Assembly (NCBI GenBank): GCA_963704325.1
Contig: OY969885.1
Location: 1,383,188 to 1,447,187 of the forward strand
Source: an uncultured Chloroflexia bacterium
GTDB taxonomy: Bacteria > Chloroflexota > Limnocylindria > Limnocylindrales > CSP1-4
Direction: 5' to 3'
DNA length: 64,000 bases
Under the pieces are notes generated by a model. The model saw only the letters and a list, made by a program, of their open reading frames with translations. It ran no database searches and had not been told where the DNA came from. Shown piece by piece: positions 61,061-64,000 of the stretch. The position numbers and the translations under genes were made by a program. Position 1 is the first letter of the stretch. Each line of letters starts with the position of its first letter.

Positions 61061-61852
61061 TCAGGGCGTGTAGTAGCTGCCCAGCGACAGCGGTACGGGT
61101 GGCCGGCGGATCACGATCTCTCCGTCCGCCGTGCGAACGCCGAATGCGTAGAGCCCTGCCGGCGCATCGATGAACCTGACGTCCATGTCCGGCAGGGCCG
61201 GTCCCAGCCACTGCCTGGTGAGCGTCTCGTCGCCTACTTCGACCCATGCGATTCCGCCGGGCGCTTGGTCGTGCTCGACCGCGCGCGCCTCGGCAATTGT
61301 GTCTGGATGATCCGCGACCTCGTCCGGCCAGTGCATGAACATCGGCAAGCCCAGTGGCCAGCGATGGTGCCGGTCATCAGGCACGTTCTCGTTGCGATGG
61401 CTGCGGCCGCTGGGCAGACGCCGCTTCCAGGTCATCTCCTTGCCATCGACCCATTTCCCCTCGGCGCCAATCCCGAACCCTGTCCGCTCCGCGATCGCGT
61501 GCAGCTCGTCCATTGTGTCGACCGCGATCACCCAGCCCATGAATCGGTCCGCGCCGCCTGAATCGGCCATCGCCGCCTGGTACCAGCAGCCATAGAAGTG
61601 CGGGGCCGCAAGGAGGGGATCAATCACGCTGTTTATCTCCAAATAGCAGCGTGCCCCCAGTGGAACAATCCGCTGGGCCAGCCCCATGCTTGGATTCCAG
61701 CCCCCGTCATAGGCGCGCAGGCCGGTCTCGACGGTAAGCCGATCGGCCGCCTCATATGGATTTTTGGCGCCGATGCACACGTGGTCGATGCGATGCACGT
61801 GACTCCTCTCAGGCTGATCTGGGCGGCTGGGCTGTGCGATTATCGGGGCCAT
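61061..61852 (-). CDS. VOC (glyoxalase/dioxygenase-fold) family protein
   Basis: HRIDHVCIGAKNPYEAADRL is a VOC beta-alpha-beta-beta-beta module start. Start ambiguous (61852 or 61900). Confidence 0.5.
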   Translation of the reverse strand: MAPIIAQPSRPDQPERSHVHRIDHVCIGAKNPYEAADRLTVETGLRAYDGGWNPSMGLAQRIVPLGARCYLEINSVIDPLLAAPHFYGCWYQAAMADSGGADRFMGWVIAVDTMDELHAIAERTGFGIGAEGKWVDGKEMTWKRRLPSGRSHRNENVPDDRHHRWPLGLPMFMHWPDEVADHPDTIAEARAVEHDQAPGGIAWVEVGDETLTRQWLGPALPDMDVRFIDAPAGLYAFGVRTADGEIVIRRPPVPLSLGSYYTP

Positions 61853-61934
61853 GTCTGCGTCCGCCTCGAGCGTCCGTGGCGAGGTGGGCGACCGCGCCAT
61901 TCCAGGTGAAGCCGTCGCGGCTAACGGCGCCGCT

Positions 61935-63011
61935 GTGGGAGCCTCCCTGGATCTTCAAGGAATCGCGCGCGACTTCGGGACGGTTCGCGCCGTGGATGGG
62001 ATCTCGCTCAACTTGGAGCCGGGTCGCTTCCTGACCATTCTCGGGCCTTCCGGGGCGGGCAAGTCGACCGTGCTACACATGGTCGCCGGCCTGATCGAAC
62101 CCACGTCGGGCACGATCCACATTGACGGCAGGCCCGTCGTCGGAGTGCCGCCGGAACGGCGCAACGTTGGGCTTGTCTTCCAGAACTACGCCCTGTTTCC
62201 GCACTTGTCAGTTGCCCAGAACCTCGCCTTCCCGCTCGAGGTGCGCGGCGTCGATCGGCCCGAGATCCGGCGTCGGGTGGCCGAAACACTCGATCTGGTT
62301 GGGCTGCACGGCCTGGGCCAGCGCCGGCCGCGCCAGCTGTCGGGCGGCCAACAGCAGCGCGTGGCGTTGGGTCGCGTGCTCATCTACCGGCCGCAGGTCG
62401 TGCTCATGGACGAGCCATTGGGCGCGCTCGACCGCAATCTGCGTCAGCAGATGCAGCTGGAGATCGGTCGCCTTCATGCACGGCTGGGACTGACCGTGGT
62501 CTATGTGACTCACGATCAGTCCGAGGCGCTGGCGATGTCCGACCTGATCGCCGTGATGGACAGCGGTCGCATCGCGCAGGTTGGCTCACCGCGCGAGGTT
62601 TACGGTCGACCCCGCAACGCGTTCGTGGCGACCTTTCTGGGGGAGGCGAATCTGCTCCCGGGGCAGGTAGTCAGGGTGGATTCCACCATCGGCGAGGCGT
62701 ATGCCGCTCTGGGGCCCGGACTGGGAGCGAAGGGCCCGATCAACGGCGGACTTGTGGTCGGCCAAGCGGTCACGCTCGTCGTGCGACCCGAAGATGTCCG
62801 GGTAAGGCCTTCGCACGGCGAGGAGGGCGTTCAAGCCCGAGTCTCAGAAGTTGCCTACGTGGGCGATGTATTCCGAGTGCAGCTCATAGACGAAGCCGGA
62901 CGGCAGCTGCTGGCCAAGCTGCCCGCCTCCGCTGACCACGTTCCAATGCGAGGCGACGTGGTCATTCTCGATTGGCCCGCTGCTCGGGCAACGTTCGTCA
63001 CCGCCGACTAG
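61935..63011 (+). CDS. ABC transporter ATP-binding protein (PotA/spermidine-putrescine-type importer ATPase with C-terminal TOBE domain)
   Basis: GPSGAGKST, LSGGQQQRVAL, LMDEPLGALD, and a C-terminal transport-associated OB domain. The GTG at 61935 is chosen so it does not overlap the divergent VOC start. Confidence 0.75.
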   Translation: MGASLDLQGIARDFGTVRAVDGISLNLEPGRFLTILGPSGAGKSTVLHMVAGLIEPTSGTIHIDGRPVVGVPPERRNVGLVFQNYALFPHLSVAQNLAFPLEVRGVDRPEIRRRVAETLDLVGLHGLGQRRPRQLSGGQQQRVALGRVLIYRPQVVLMDEPLGALDRNLRQQMQLEIGRLHARLGLTVVYVTHDQSEALAMSDLIAVMDSGRIAQVGSPREVYGRPRNAFVATFLGEANLLPGQVVRVDSTIGEAYAALGPGLGAKGPINGGLVVGQAVTLVVRPEDVRVRPSHGEEGVQARVSEVAYVGDVFRVQLIDEAGRQLLAKLPASADHVPMRGDVVILDWPAARATFVTAD

Positions 63012-63020
63012 GAGGGGTTA

Positions 63021-64000
63021 ATGCACGCCACCAGGTTCGTCTCGATCATCGCGTTGTTCGCGCTCGGATGCGCCACGGCGGCGCCGCCCAGTGGCTCTCC
63101 GGAACCCACGGATGCTGAGCCCACTGCGGCTGCGTCGGCAAGCGTCGCTCAGGGGCAGCTGGTGGTCAACTCGTGCGGTGGCAGCTACGGAGAAGCCATT
63201 CGCGAAGCGTTCGTGGCGCCCTTCGAGGCGGAAACCGGCATCGACGTGACCTACGACGAGAATTGCGACGACCAGACCACCAAGCTCGCCGCCCAGGTTG
63301 AAACGGGGCAAGTGCAGTGGGACGTCATCGGCGGCTTTGGCGGCCCGCTGTACAAGGACCTGTACGACCAGGGCCTCCTGGCAGAGATCGACCATGCGGC
63401 ACTGGGCTCCGACGAGCTGGAGCTGACGGCAGGCGCGACGGAGCCGTTCGGACTCGGCTTCCATCACGACGCAATCGTGCTCGGCTACCGCGCCAGCGCG
63501 TTTCCTGACCAGACACCCAGCGTGGCGGACTTCTTCAACCTTGACGAGTTCCCGGGCCGGCGCGGCATGACTGCCGGCGGCTTCGAGGATTGGACGCGAC
63601 CCGCAATCACGCTGGTTGCCGACGGAGTGGCGCCTGCAGATCTCATTCCGCTCGACTGGGACCGCGCATTTGCCAAGCTCGACGCGATCAAGCCACAGAT
63701 GCTGTTCTGGCGGGGCGGCACGGAGCAGATGGCCGTGATGCTCGAAAGCCAGGCGCCGATGTGTCTGTGCGGCGACGCACGCATGCTCCAGGCTCAGCGC
63801 GAAGATCCGGACATCCGCCTTTCCTTCGACGGCGCTCTGCGCACGATGCTCTACTGGGCAATGCCGGAGGGTGCGCCGCACGAGGAGATGGCGCTCGAAT
63901 TCCTGGCGTCCACGCTGCTCCCTGAACGCCAGGCGCGCTTCACGGAGATGATCGGCTACTCGGGCGTCGTGGAGGCATCCTACGAGCTGCTCGACGAGGA
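63021..64000 (+). CDS. ABC transporter periplasmic solute-binding lipoprotein (PotD/PotF-like), 3'-partial
   Basis: RBS GGAGGGG 7 nt upstream of ATG 63021. Lipobox LFALGC|A. Family-1 SBP features. The frame is open to the window end. Confidence 0.75.
   Translation, partial: MHATRFVSIIALFALGCATAAPPSGSPEPTDAEPTAAASASVAQGQLVVNSCGGSYGEAIREAFVAPFEAETGIDVTYDENCDDQTTKLAAQVETGQVQWDVIGGFGGPLYKDLYDQGLLAEIDHAALGSDELELTAGATEPFGLGFHHDAIVLGYRASAFPDQTPSVADFFNLDEFPGRRGMTAGGFEDWTRPAITLVADGVAPADLIPLDWDRAFAKLDAIKPQMLFWRGGTEQMAVMLESQAPMCLCGDARMLQAQREDPDIRLSFDGALRTMLYWAMPEGAPHEEMALEFLASTLLPERQARFTEMIGYSGVVEASYELLDE

Overview
High-GC (~70%) bacterial chromosome segment. Actinobacteria-like gene content (F420/LLM oxidoreductases, LCP protein, Mec-CysO-CysM, LigC-type ligase, lipoproteins with L-[AV]-A/G-C lipoboxes) suggests the lineage but does not prove it. 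The window is densely packed with housekeeping and accessory metabolism. I see no transposase, integrase, CRISPR array or rRNA. The main blocks are:

- **Sulfur relay operon (4.4-10.4 kb):** an Rrf2-regulated sufC-sufS-sufU cluster with no sufB/sufD in the window, running directly into a rhodanese-ThiF (MoeZ-like) gene, a CysO-like carrier with a post-GG tail, CysM and a JAMM (Mec) protease.
- **Nucleoside salvage:** an ECF transporter (A, A', T, S) next to a nucleoside hydrolase.
- **Small-molecule enzymes:** a MerB-like lyase, purE, a NUDIX hydrolase, aldehyde dehydrogenase, aspartase and a dGTPase-like HD protein.
- **CoA-ester degradation cluster:** flavin reductase, alpha/beta hydrolase, EthD, a tandem double crotonase, enoyl-CoA hydratase, 3-hydroxyacyl-CoA dehydrogenase and thiolase. 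A duplicated-domain lipoprotein and a cupredoxin lipoprotein sit inside it.
- **Large repeat protein:** a ~790-aa acidic Pro/Ala/Glu-rich protein with W-containing repeats and a C-terminal membrane anchor.
- **Ion transport and repair:** erpA, nhaA, an ArsB/NhaD transporter and a LigC-like DNA ligase.
- **tRNA and possible islet:** a tRNA-Ile with a UAU anticodon, then an M20 peptidase, an orphan DNA methyltransferase and a large LuxR/LAL regulator.
- **Copper and envelope genes:** a second cupredoxin, an LCP protein and a CopC-like protein.
- **S8 protease:** its propeptide carries about 20 tandem xxxYAL hexapeptide repeats.
- **Purine catabolism:** a MocA-like gene and the urate-to-allantoin genes (uricase, OHCU decarboxylase, HIU hydrolase).
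- **Polyamine-type ABC transporter** at the right edge.

Three genes (sufS, an alpha/beta hydrolase, the big acidic protein) carry apparent single-nucleotide frameshifts. Three more (ecfT, ASCH, HAD) have conserved N-terminal sequence upstream of any ATG/GTG/TTG. Together these point to indel errors in the assembly or unusual start-codon usage.
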